From: Bacteroidales bacterium
Lineage (GTDB): Bacteria > Bacteroidota > Bacteroidia > Bacteroidales > WCHB1-69
Length of the DNA stretch: 64,000 nt
Assembly: GCA_045598025.1 (NCBI GenBank)
Contig: JAZLLH010000061.1
Span: forward strand, 4,551 to 68,550
Direction of reading: 5' to 3'
Below the pieces are notes generated by a model. That model was given only the letters and a program-made list of their open reading frames with translations, searched no databases and had not been told where the DNA came from. Below are positions 17,964 to 26,782 of the stretch, piece after piece (position 1 is the first letter of the stretch; each line of letters opens with the position of its first letter). The translations under genes and the position numbers were made by a program.

Positions 17964-18491
17964 ATGTATGACGAAAAAAGGCTGATTGAACAATGTCTTT
18001 CAGGTGACCGCAAAGCGGAAAAGCAACTGTATGACACATATAGTGCTTTATTCTTCGGCATATGCCTGCGCTATACGGATAAACGGGAAGAGGCGGAAGA
18101 CATGCTGATTACGGGATTCACCCAAATCTTTCTACATTTGTCCGAATATCAGGCCAAAGGCTCGTTCGAAGGATGGATGAAACGCATTGTCATCCACAAC
18201 GCCATCGATTACGTCAGAAAACGCAAATATGATGGAGAAGCATGGGAGGACATTCCGGAATCGGACAGTCCGAGCCACAACGCCACCATGCACCGGATGG
18301 AAGCTGCAGATGTGATGCAGGCCATACAGAGTCTGCCGCCTTTGCTCCGGACCATCTTCAACCTTTATGCCGTCGAAGGATATGCACATCGGGAAATCGC
18401 CCAATTGCTGGAAATGAACGAATCCACCGTGAGGGCCTATTTTTCAAAAGCAAAAAAACAATTACAGGAACTGTTGTCAGAATATCGGTAA
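17964..18491 (+). CDS. ECF-type RNA polymerase sigma-70 factor
   Basis: 175 aa. Region 2 (FEGWMKRIVIHNAIDYVRK) and region 4 (YAVEGYAHREIAQLLEMNESTVRAYFSKAKKQL). Confidence 0.9.
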   Translation: MYDEKRLIEQCLSGDRKAEKQLYDTYSALFFGICLRYTDKREEAEDMLITGFTQIFLHLSEYQAKGSFEGWMKRIVIHNAIDYVRKRKYDGEAWEDIPESDSPSHNATMHRMEAADVMQAIQSLPPLLRTIFNLYAVEGYAHREIAQLLEMNESTVRAYFSKAKKQLQELLSEYR

Positions 18492-19391
18492 ATGGACCAC
18501 ACATTTGAACATCGGATCAAAAACCTTATGGAAAAGTACGAAGAACAGCCGCCTCGCACTTGCTGGGATTCCCTTTCCAAACAGTTGGATAACCTGCGCC
18601 CGGAACAGACGACGGTGCCGCAGACGGAAACCGCTTCTGCTGTTGGGAAAACAGTCCGTACCGGAATACGGAAATTTCCGGGTCACTCCGCCTTCAGTGT
18701 CACCGGTAGCATAGCTGCCGTCGGAGCCGTGACCACCATGGCTGTCTTCCTGCTCAGACCGTCGACTCCCGAAAAACTTTCCATCCAGATGCCCGACACT
18801 CCGGTTTCAGTCATTACAGGCGACACCCTGACAGCACATTCCGAAGAAGATACCTCCGCAAAAAGTCAGACCGTCAAGGAACAGTCCTTTACCAACACTA
18901 CCTTCAGTGAGGGCATTCCCTACCACCTGCTGACGGAAGACACCGAACCCACAACAGGACAGGACGCTGTCTCAGCGGGAGAGGCACGACCCGAACGACA
19001 TCAGACAGAAGAGAAAAAACAGACCATAGCTCCCATCGGGAACAAGATGGAGACCCCGACCACAGCAGAGGCTTGCACAGAGCCCGTTTCGAAAAAGGAA
19101 CCGAGCCGGGAGGAAGAAAAACTTTCCCAACCCGGCCTCCGCATTCCCAATGTCATCTCTCCCAATGGAGACCACATCAACGATTGTTTCGTCATTGAAA
19201 ACCTGCAATATACCGAACGCAATCAATTAACTATTTACAACCGTTACGGGAAAGTGGTCTACAACCGACGCAATTACGACAATTCCTGGAATGCCGAGAA
19301 CCTTCCGGAAGGAATATACCGCTACTGTCTGACCTTCGAATACGAAGGACACGAATTCATACGGCAGGGAAGTATCAGCGTGATAAGATAG
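18492..19391 (+). CDS. Membrane-anchored anti-sigma-like protein ending in a T9SS type-B (CHU_C / gliding-motility) C-terminal domain
   Basis: Starts at the codon right after the sigma stop. Hydrophilic N-terminus, one TM segment (SAFSVTGSIAAVGAVTTMAVFLL), a low-complexity linker, then IPNVISPNGDHINDCFVIENL...LTIYNRYGKVVYN...NYDNSWNAENLPEGIYRYCL...GSISVIR. Confidence 0.7.
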   Translation: MDHTFEHRIKNLMEKYEEQPPRTCWDSLSKQLDNLRPEQTTVPQTETASAVGKTVRTGIRKFPGHSAFSVTGSIAAVGAVTTMAVFLLRPSTPEKLSIQMPDTPVSVITGDTLTAHSEEDTSAKSQTVKEQSFTNTTFSEGIPYHLLTEDTEPTTGQDAVSAGEARPERHQTEEKKQTIAPIGNKMETPTTAEACTEPVSKKEPSREEEKLSQPGLRIPNVISPNGDHINDCFVIENLQYTERNQLTIYNRYGKVVYNRRNYDNSWNAENLPEGIYRYCLTFEYEGHEFIRQGSISVIR

Positions 19392-21015
19392 TGATGCGGC
19401 CTTGCGGTGCGGCTTCATCCAATCCGATGATTCCGTGCAGATATTCCACGATGTAACGTTCGAGCACCTCCACATCGGAACAGACGGAAAGCCGTTCTGC
19501 CGAAGCATTTTCGAACACATAGCCATTCCCCTTTTCCATCAGCAGATAGTCAATGGAGGCTACTGTATAGGTCCTTGCTGTATCCAAAGGTTCATAATTT
19601 CCTTTTCGGGCATCAAACACCTCCACCCCAGAAACCCGGCGGGCGCCGGATGCACAAAGGAAAATTCCGTTGCTGTCCGTTTCCACACTGCTGTGAACCG
19701 AGGTGTCCACGGTAAATTTCAGTCCGGACACCTGCAGAAAACCGCCAAATTCTTCCGGGAGAAACTGGCAGGAATGCTCCAGCACATCCTGAAGCGTACG
19801 CCCGCTGACGGAAAGGACAGAAACTTTGTTATTGTATGGAAACACTGCGTAAAGATGCTGAAATCTCAAGGTGCCTGCCATGATACCGGCCCGTAATCCG
19901 CCACCGTTGACAAAGGCGACGTCGGTACCGAGGACGGCTCGGAACGCATCCGCACAAAAATCGCCCAGAATACATTCCTGGTTCCGAGCAGGACGGCTCC
20001 CGTCAGCTCCCTCAGCCGGCATATCCGTCAACGAACGTCCGACCACCCGGGAAGCCACCGTTTCAAAATCTGCCTCGATCATCTCCCATTCCCGGGAAAC
20101 CGATGAATCGGCTTTCGTCAGTTCTGACACTCTGAGCAGTTCACTTGACAGACGGCCGTCCGCAGCGATGCACAATTTACCAATATGAGAAAAATGCGAA
20201 CCCGTCGAAGTCAGCAGAACGGGCTTCCCGGAAAGATCCGGATAATAACTGCCGGGTATCACACTGTGCGAATGTCCGTCCAATACAGCATCTATGCCGG
20301 TAGTTGATGCAATCAGACGGACGGACTCGTTATTGTCCAAGCCGACATGAGAGAGCAGCAATACATAATCCGCTCCCTCTGCCCTGGCCGCATCCACCTG
20401 ATGCTGCACGCAGGCTGCCAGATTTTTTCCCTGAAAACTGTAGAGATAGCGTCCGGCAGAATCGCAGAAATAAGAAGGTGTACTTGAAGAAACAGCATCC
20501 GGCGTGGTCACTCCGACAAAAGCCACCCTGATTTTTCCATAGCGGCGGATGGCATAGGCTTTGTACACGGGAACACGGTCGGCAGTGCGGCAGAAATTGC
20601 AGCTAAGGACCTCGGCCTTCAATTCCGACATCCGCTGTTCCAACACCGGCAACGTAAAATCAAATTCATGATTGCCAAGGGTCACGAAATCATATCCCAC
20701 CGCATTCATCATACGGACCGCATAAGCTCCACGGGACACAGAACCATAGGCCGAACCGGATAGAAAATCTCCTGAGGATACTATGGAAACGAATGGCGTT
20801 TTTTCAATCATTTCATTTCGTAGAGCAGACATATAGGTATAGGACTCCAGATTGCAATGCACATCGTTGTCATATAGGATAACAATCTCTTTCTGTCTGG
20901 GGAAACAGGGACCTGCCAAAGAAATCCCCGTCCACAGCAGGCAGACGGAGAACAGTATGACTGCACGCCGCCCCATTTTTTCAAAATAATCCGCAAGCAT
21001 TGTTTTCCTGTGCAT
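19375..21015 (-). CDS. Bifunctional metallophosphatase / 5'-nucleotidase family protein, secreted
   Basis: Metallophosphoesterase motifs (ILYDNDVHCN, GDFLSG, GNHEFD, LSHVG, GHSH) plus a 5'-nucleotidase C-terminal region. N-terminal hydrophobic segment. Confidence 0.85.
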   Translation of the reverse strand: MHRKTMLADYFEKMGRRAVILFSVCLLWTGISLAGPCFPRQKEIVILYDNDVHCNLESYTYMSALRNEMIEKTPFVSIVSSGDFLSGSAYGSVSRGAYAVRMMNAVGYDFVTLGNHEFDFTLPVLEQRMSELKAEVLSCNFCRTADRVPVYKAYAIRRYGKIRVAFVGVTTPDAVSSSTPSYFCDSAGRYLYSFQGKNLAACVQHQVDAARAEGADYVLLLSHVGLDNNESVRLIASTTGIDAVLDGHSHSVIPGSYYPDLSGKPVLLTSTGSHFSHIGKLCIAADGRLSSELLRVSELTKADSSVSREWEMIEADFETVASRVVGRSLTDMPAEGADGSRPARNQECILGDFCADAFRAVLGTDVAFVNGGGLRAGIMAGTLRFQHLYAVFPYNNKVSVLSVSGRTLQDVLEHSCQFLPEEFGGFLQVSGLKFTVDTSVHSSVETDSNGIFLCASGARRVSGVEVFDARKGNYEPLDTARTYTVASIDYLLMEKGNGYVFENASAERLSVCSDVEVLERYIVEYLHGIIGLDEAAPQGRITILSR

Positions 21016-21169
21016 GATGTATGGGTATGAATGAAAATTTTTTAAACGAAAAAAGGACAGACTTTATTGCCGCCTATGCCATGGGAAATCCTTACGGATA
21101 TCTTTCCTTCGGATGCGGACAATATGCCTGATATTTCTGCGTTTTATTTTTTTGCAAAAAACATCCGAC

Positions 21170-22084
21170 ATGAAATTGAAAACGCTACTGCTGTTCGTCA
21201 CCGCCCTGTTTTCTCTGCTCTCTCTGCCGGCTCAAAAAAAGACGAGCGAACTGCAGGATCAGAATCTCCAAGGCAAAGTCCGGACATTGGAAGAAACCGA
21301 GTACAATGCCGAAGAAGTCAACGGTAAGACTGTCATTGACCAGGAAGCCGGTCCTTCCTCTCATCACCTTACGGAATTCACCCGTCGGGGGAACATAGCG
21401 GAAGAAAAATCCTTTGACAGCGAAAATCGGCTGATTTCCAAGAACCGCAACAAATACAATGAAGTCGGAGACCTGTACGAAAGCAATGAATACAATGAGA
21501 AGGGGAAACTCTGCGGCCGCACTACCTACACCTACAACAGCTACCGCCAATATGCCGTACAGACCATTTTCCTTTCCGATGGCAGCATGGAAACCGGCAA
21601 TTACTGCTATGGCAACGACAAACTGCTGGATTCCGTTGTGTGGCAATGCGGCGAGTTGTTTCGTAAGGAAACTTTCCATTACAACGCGCAGGGACTGGCG
21701 GATGAAAAACAGGTGTACGAGGGGACGGAACTGAAAAGCCGGACCTGCTGCCGCTATGATGCCCAAGGAAGACTGACAGAGGAATTCAGAGAAGAACCGG
21801 CGGACGGTAAAAAAAACAGAACAATGTATACCTATGACGAAAACGGCCGCATCCGTTCCGTCACCCGGAAGGATGCAAACGAACGACAGGAAAGTCGGAC
21901 TTGCTGGGAATATGACACTTACGGAAACATCCTGGTAGAAACCTGGTACAACGAGGATGACCGGCAGACCGTCCGATCCACCTGTGAATACACCTACGAT
22001 GCCCAAGGCAACTGGACACAGCAGATCTGGTACGATGACGGACGGGCTTTTACCATCACACAAAGAACCATCACCTATTATTGA
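21170..22084 (+). CDS. Secreted hypothetical protein with YD/RHS-like short repeats
   Basis: ORF 21113 trimmed to the ATG at 21170 (signal MKLKTLLLFVTALFSLLSLPAQ). Recurrent Y-x-Y-(D/N)-x-x-G units (YTYNSY, RYDAQGRL, YTYDENGRI, EYDTYGNI, YTYDAQGNW). Confidence 0.45.
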   Translation: MKLKTLLLFVTALFSLLSLPAQKKTSELQDQNLQGKVRTLEETEYNAEEVNGKTVIDQEAGPSSHHLTEFTRRGNIAEEKSFDSENRLISKNRNKYNEVGDLYESNEYNEKGKLCGRTTYTYNSYRQYAVQTIFLSDGSMETGNYCYGNDKLLDSVVWQCGELFRKETFHYNAQGLADEKQVYEGTELKSRTCCRYDAQGRLTEEFREEPADGKKNRTMYTYDENGRIRSVTRKDANERQESRTCWEYDTYGNILVETWYNEDDRQTVRSTCEYTYDAQGNWTQQIWYDDGRAFTITQRTITYY

Positions 22085-22109
22085 TATTACATCACCGAAA
22101 ATACATATC

Positions 22110-23387
22110 ATGAATATTTTGCTTTTAGGTTCCGGCGGACGGGAACATGCTATGGCGGCCAAAATAGCCGAAAGTCCGAAATGTACTGAGTTGTTCATCG
22201 CACCTGGCAATGCAGGTACCTTGCAATGCGGCTGCAATGTTGCTTTGGATAGCGGAGATTTTGAAGCTGTCAGAAATTTTGTCCTGGAAAAACACATCGA
22301 CATGGTGGTTGTAGGTCCGGAAGTGCCTCTGGTGGCCGGCCTCTGCGATTTCTTTGCTCAGGACGAAGCCTTGAAACAGATTGCGTTCATCGGCCCCTCC
22401 AAAAAAGGAGCCGTACTGGAAGGCAGCAAGGATGAGGCCAAGGCCTTTATGATGCGCCACGGCATCCCGACGGCAGCCTATCGCAGTTTCACTCAAGACA
22501 GCCTGAATGACGGACTGGCTTTTTTGAAAACGCTGAAGCCACCCTATGTGTTGAAAGCCGACGGACTGGCTGCCGGGAAAGGTGTTCTCATCCTTGAGGA
22601 TTTGAAAGAAGCAGAAAAAGAATTGAGCGAAATGCTCACCCACGCCAAATTCGGAAAAGCCTCTGCCAAAGTCGTCATTGAAGAGTTTCTGGAAGGCATC
22701 GAACTGTCTGTCTTCGTTCTGACGGACGGAAAACACTACCGCATCCTCCCCACCGCCAAAGACTACAAACGCATAGGCGAAGGAGACACCGGGCTGAATA
22801 CCGGCGGCATGGGTTCCGTATCCCCGGTGCCTTTTGCGAATGAAGACTTTATGAGGAAAGTGGAAGAACGCATTGTCCGACCCACAGTGGAAGGGCTACA
22901 GCAGGAACATACCGATTACAAGGGCTTTCTGTTTCTCGGTCTGATGAACAAAGGCGGTGATCCTTATGTTATTGAATACAATGTCCGTATGGGTGATCCG
23001 GAAACCGAATCTGTTTTTCCGCGCATTACCTCCGACATGGTGGATTTGTTTGAACATACCTGGCATGGCAGTCTGGACCAATGCCAACTGCAGGTCAACC
23101 CGCAGACGGCAGCCTGCGTCATGATGGTAGCCGGAGGATATCCGGAAGCTTACGAAAAAGGGAAAGAAATCCACGGATTGGAAAATGTAAAAAGAAGCCT
23201 TGTCTTTCACGCCGGCACCAAACAGGATGTCCAAGGACGCATTCTGAGCAACGGTGGTCGCGTACTCTGCGTTACCTCCTTTGCCGATACCCTGAAAAAA
23301 GCCTTGGAAAAAAGCTACGCCTCCGTACGGGAAATCCATTGGGAAGGCTGTTATTACCGCCGGGATATCGGACAGGACCTCCTATAA
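22110..23387 (+). CDS. purD: Phosphoribosylamine--glycine ligase
   Basis: MNILLLGSGGREHAMAAKIAESP, an ATP-grasp core, NTGGMGSVSP. ORF 21957 trimmed to the ATG at 22110. Confidence 0.95.
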   Translation: MNILLLGSGGREHAMAAKIAESPKCTELFIAPGNAGTLQCGCNVALDSGDFEAVRNFVLEKHIDMVVVGPEVPLVAGLCDFFAQDEALKQIAFIGPSKKGAVLEGSKDEAKAFMMRHGIPTAAYRSFTQDSLNDGLAFLKTLKPPYVLKADGLAAGKGVLILEDLKEAEKELSEMLTHAKFGKASAKVVIEEFLEGIELSVFVLTDGKHYRILPTAKDYKRIGEGDTGLNTGGMGSVSPVPFANEDFMRKVEERIVRPTVEGLQQEHTDYKGFLFLGLMNKGGDPYVIEYNVRMGDPETESVFPRITSDMVDLFEHTWHGSLDQCQLQVNPQTAACVMMVAGGYPEAYEKGKEIHGLENVKRSLVFHAGTKQDVQGRILSNGGRVLCVTSFADTLKKALEKSYASVREIHWEGCYYRRDIGQDLL

Positions 23388-26300
23388 CAGAGGATCCTCT
23401 ACCGGCACAAATTCCACAGAAGCCTCATCGGTGATATAGATCAGATAGGCTTCTGTCTTTTTATAAGCAGCCTGATGCAACAGTCGCATGTAGTTCCGGA
23501 CCTGATCCTTGTGAGATTCGCGTGCCACACCGGTTTTGAAATCGAACAGCACGCATTCCGTTCCCTTCAGCAACAGACGGTCTGCCCTGGACAGTTTTTT
23601 TTCCGTTGACAATATGCTGATTTCCGTACGGACTTCTGTACTCTCGTCTCCAAAAAACAAGGCAGACTGCGGATGTTCGGACAATGCCTTCAGCACTTTC
23701 TCCACAAACAGACGGTCCTCTTCCGGACAATCCGGACGGCGACGCAATGCTTTCACTATGATTTCTGCATCCGACCGATGATAGAATGCGGCCAGGCATT
23801 CATGCACGAAAGTGCCTCTTTGGGAATCTTCCTGCTCCTCCTTTTCCTGGCCGGCAAACGACAGGGGCGGTAATTTTTCCTTGCGACGAAAAGCAAAGGA
23901 AGGCACCCATGTCTTCGTCTTCTCCTCCGTTTCGGACGGACGGGAAATATGGGACGAAAAACTATTGGAAGTGGGATAGGCATAATTTCTTTCTTCCGCC
24001 GGTCCCCCGGAGACTTCTTCCCCGAATTCCCGGAAAAATCTTTCCAGTCCGGATTCCTTTTTGTCCGTATAGACATCTGTCAGATACAGACGGTGCCCGG
24101 CCCTTGTAAATGCCACATAATCCACATTCAGATTGTCCAGATCGGTCATCTGTTCCTCCTCCGACAAGCAGTCGGCATAGGAGGTTTTCTCAAGATCCGA
24201 ATGGATTTCCAACAGACCTACATTCAGCTGCAGATTACCGGCGCGGATAGGATCTTTCAATTTTACCCATTGCCTGGGTCGGGTGTAGGTACGCCTCCGT
24301 TTGACCATGGGATACATGACTACCGGAAATTCCAACCCCTTTGACTTGTGGATAGTCATCACATGCACAGCTTCGATACCTTCCGGATTGGAAAGAGAGG
24401 CTTTTTCCTTCTTTTCTTCCCAAAAAGAGAGAAAATCTTCGTCATTTTTAGCAGGATTTTCATGATATCCCCACACAATTTCCCCAAATGCCATGACAAA
24501 AGGATCGGCCTCGGCAACCTCCGACTGCAGTCCGAAACAAGTAGCAAGCGACTGGTACAGTTCGTAGATGTTCTGGTATTTCCACCGATCCAACTGCAAC
24601 GGATAACCCCATGCCGACAAAAGTTCCGTGAAAGACTTTCGGTCCGCAGCTTGGGAAAACACTATATCCGCCGGCATTTCACAAGCAGTTACAGAAGAAA
24701 GGTACCTCAGCATTCCGGCTCTTGCCAGGGCATTGTCCGGCTGCCGCACAAAAGTGATTCCGTCCACCAGAAAATTCACCTGAGGTGACTGCTTCAGCAG
24801 CAGAGATTCGGGAGATATGACCGGAATGCGATGGTCGAACAGATACTGTGCTATGCGAGACGCCAAATCATTGCTTCGGGTCAATACCGCCATATCAGCA
24901 TACGCATACCCGTCGGTTCGGGATGCAAGGATGGCTTCCTCCACCTTACGGCATTGGAAATCGAAAACGGCTTCACGGCCGGATTCTGCCTTGACAAGAC
25001 TGAGCCGCACTCCGCCCCCTTCCGTATGGTCCCTGACACTCGGGATTTTCTGTTCCAAAGAATCATAGGCAGAGCATATGCGGAGATTGGCTTCTGAATT
25101 TTTCCTCATCTGCCCGAACCAGGCATTGTTGAAACGGATAATTTCTGATTTCGAACGAAAATTTTCGGAAAGCGGCACTCTTTCAAAACGGGATTTCAAC
25201 AATTTTTCCTCTTCAAGCACTTCGGAAGACGTATCCAACTCGGACAGACGGACAAACTGACGGACGTCCCCATTTCGGAAACGATAAATGGCCTGCTTGG
25301 CATCTCCGAACAGACGGACTTCGCCCGTGCTTCCCGGCACAGCTTCCTTGGACAGACCTTCTTTCAGCAAGGGAAGCAAATTCTGCCACTGCAGGCAGGA
25401 AGTGTCCTGAAACTCATCGATGAAAAAATAAGAGAACCTTTCTCCCAAGCGCTCATAAATAAACGGGACATCCTCCGACAACACCACCTCCGAAATATAC
25501 CGGTCGGTTTCTCCGATCAGCATCTGCTGGGAAGTTTCGCGAATTTCGTCCACCACTTTTTGAAATTCCTGCAACAAGGCAAAGGGATACATGTTTTTTA
25601 ACAGATTCTTATACAGATAGTAATCTGCTGATGCTTCTCCTGCCTTCTGAAGAATTTTCTCGGCCTCCTCCTGCAAAACCGGTGCTGCGGACAGAATGGC
25701 CTGGGCCACGTAATCGGAAACATTGGCGGCCAGCCACTTTCCCTCCCGAACGGATTTCATGACATAGCGGTTCGGCTCCGAAGCTTTCTCCATTCCCTTG
25801 ACAGCTACCTGCTGCAGCCAGGTACCGAAACCATTCTTTCCCTGATAAAAATCCTTTGACAGATCCGCTTCAGCAGGAACCTTCGCAAGAGCAGAACGGG
25901 CCATGTCCATCACGGCACGATCCGTCTCTGACACTTCCTTCCGCATCTGAGAAATGATTTTCTTGAAATCGCCCAAACCATACTCCTGAAGCCCCTGCAA
26001 AAAAACATAGGCCGACTCGTTATACAATTCCTTCGCCATTTTGGCCAGGGACGCATCCATCTTCCATTTTTTCTGGTCATCGATGCGATGGGACATGTAC
26101 TCCAGCAAAAAATCGGTCAGCAATTCATCATAACCCAATTTGGACAACATCACATCCACTACCTGCTGCATGAACTGACCCGCATCCAGTTCCAACTGAT
26201 GATCAGCGGGAATATGGAGTTCAAAAGCAAAAGTGTTCAGCAACTGCTGGAAAAACTTGTCGATTGTCAGCACGGAAAACCGGCTGTAATCGGAAAGGAT

Positions 26301-26615
26301 GTGTTTCAACAATGCGTCAGCCCGTTTGGAAACTTCTGCCTGCGGACAAATATCCGTAAAATGTTCCATCAGATGGAAATCCTTTTCCTCCCGCGGACAG
26401 GATAGTTTCTCCAGAAAGGAAAGGATACGGCTTTTCATTTCATTGACAGCCTTGTTGGTAAATGTAATGCACAGAATCTTTTGAAAGATAAAAGGATCTC
26501 TTTCGCACGAGCGGATACAGATACGGAGATAGGATACGGCCAAATGATAGGTCTTACCCGAACCTGCGGACGCCTTGTAGACAAAGAAAGCGGGTTGTTT
26601 ATCCGATGTTGACAT
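23382..26615 (-). CDS. UvrD/AddA-like SF1 helicase with C-terminal PD-(D/E)XK (RecB-type) nuclease domain
   Basis: Walker A ASAGSGKTY near the N-terminus, FIDEFQDTS (motif II), C-terminal RADRLLL...VLFDFKTG nuclease motif. ORF 26708 trimmed to the ATG at 26613-26615 because the extension runs through a tRNA. Confidence 0.85.
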   Translation of the reverse strand: MSTSDKQPAFFVYKASAGSGKTYHLAVSYLRICIRSCERDPFIFQKILCITFTNKAVNEMKSRILSFLEKLSCPREEKDFHLMEHFTDICPQAEVSKRADALLKHILSDYSRFSVLTIDKFFQQLLNTFAFELHIPADHQLELDAGQFMQQVVDVMLSKLGYDELLTDFLLEYMSHRIDDQKKWKMDASLAKMAKELYNESAYVFLQGLQEYGLGDFKKIISQMRKEVSETDRAVMDMARSALAKVPAEADLSKDFYQGKNGFGTWLQQVAVKGMEKASEPNRYVMKSVREGKWLAANVSDYVAQAILSAAPVLQEEAEKILQKAGEASADYYLYKNLLKNMYPFALLQEFQKVVDEIRETSQQMLIGETDRYISEVVLSEDVPFIYERLGERFSYFFIDEFQDTSCLQWQNLLPLLKEGLSKEAVPGSTGEVRLFGDAKQAIYRFRNGDVRQFVRLSELDTSSEVLEEEKLLKSRFERVPLSENFRSKSEIIRFNNAWFGQMRKNSEANLRICSAYDSLEQKIPSVRDHTEGGGVRLSLVKAESGREAVFDFQCRKVEEAILASRTDGYAYADMAVLTRSNDLASRIAQYLFDHRIPVISPESLLLKQSPQVNFLVDGITFVRQPDNALARAGMLRYLSSVTACEMPADIVFSQAADRKSFTELLSAWGYPLQLDRWKYQNIYELYQSLATCFGLQSEVAEADPFVMAFGEIVWGYHENPAKNDEDFLSFWEEKKEKASLSNPEGIEAVHVMTIHKSKGLEFPVVMYPMVKRRRTYTRPRQWVKLKDPIRAGNLQLNVGLLEIHSDLEKTSYADCLSEEEQMTDLDNLNVDYVAFTRAGHRLYLTDVYTDKKESGLERFFREFGEEVSGGPAEERNYAYPTSNSFSSHISRPSETEEKTKTWVPSFAFRRKEKLPPLSFAGQEKEEQEDSQRGTFVHECLAAFYHRSDAEIIVKALRRRPDCPEEDRLFVEKVLKALSEHPQSALFFGDESTEVRTEISILSTEKKLSRADRLLLKGTECVLFDFKTGVARESHKDQVRNYMRLLHQAAYKKTEAYLIYITDEASVEFVPVEDPLL

Positions 26616-26623
26616 ATGATGGC

Positions 26624-26650
26624 AAAAAAGGACATCGTACGGATGTCCTT
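26624..26650 (-). terminator. Intrinsic terminator downstream of tRNA-Ala
   Basis: 9-bp stem aaggacatc / gatgtcctt with a 5-nt loop. On the minus strand it is followed by a T-run (plus-strand A-run 26624-26629). Confidence 0.65.
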
Positions 26651-26662
26651 CTGTTCGCTTTG

Positions 26663-26736
26663 TGGAGCATATGAGATTCGAACTCATCACCTCTTGACTG
26701 CCAGTCAAACGCTCTAGCCAAATGAGCTAATGCCCC
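26663..26736 (-). tRNA. tRNA-Ala (anticodon GGC)
   Basis: The reverse complement reads GGGGCATTAGCTCATTTGGCTAGAGCGTTTGACTGGCAGTCAAGAGGTGATGAGTTCGAATCTCATATGCTCCA. Anticodon loop CTGGCAG, G3:U70 wobble pair (the Ala identity element), T-loop GTTCGAATC. No CCA is encoded. Confidence 0.9.
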
Positions 26737-26749
26737 GTTTTTGAACGTG

Positions 26750-26757
26750 CAAAAGTA
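26750..26757 (-). promoter_or_regulatory. -7 promoter element TACTTTTG for tRNA-Ala
   Basis: Exact consensus on the minus strand, 14 nt upstream of tRNA position 1. Confidence 0.5.
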
Positions 26758-26782
26758 TAACTTTTTCAGATATGATTTTCCA

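Noticed and set aside
23596-23605. Homopolymer tracts (T8 at about 23596 in the helicase, A8 at about 63963 in the FKBP gene, T8 at about 48653 intergenic) as phase-variation switches
   Set aside because: The tracts are short (8 nt) and sit in housekeeping-type genes. Nothing in the sequence suggests slipped-strand switching. The only lesion actually present is the 8-bp duplication reported separately.
26616-26708. N-terminal extension of the helicase ORF (MTGSQEVMSSNLICSTKRTEGHPYDVLFCHH...)
   Set aside because: The extension is the reverse translation of tRNA-Ala and its terminator. The helicase Walker A motif follows the internal ATG at 26615.
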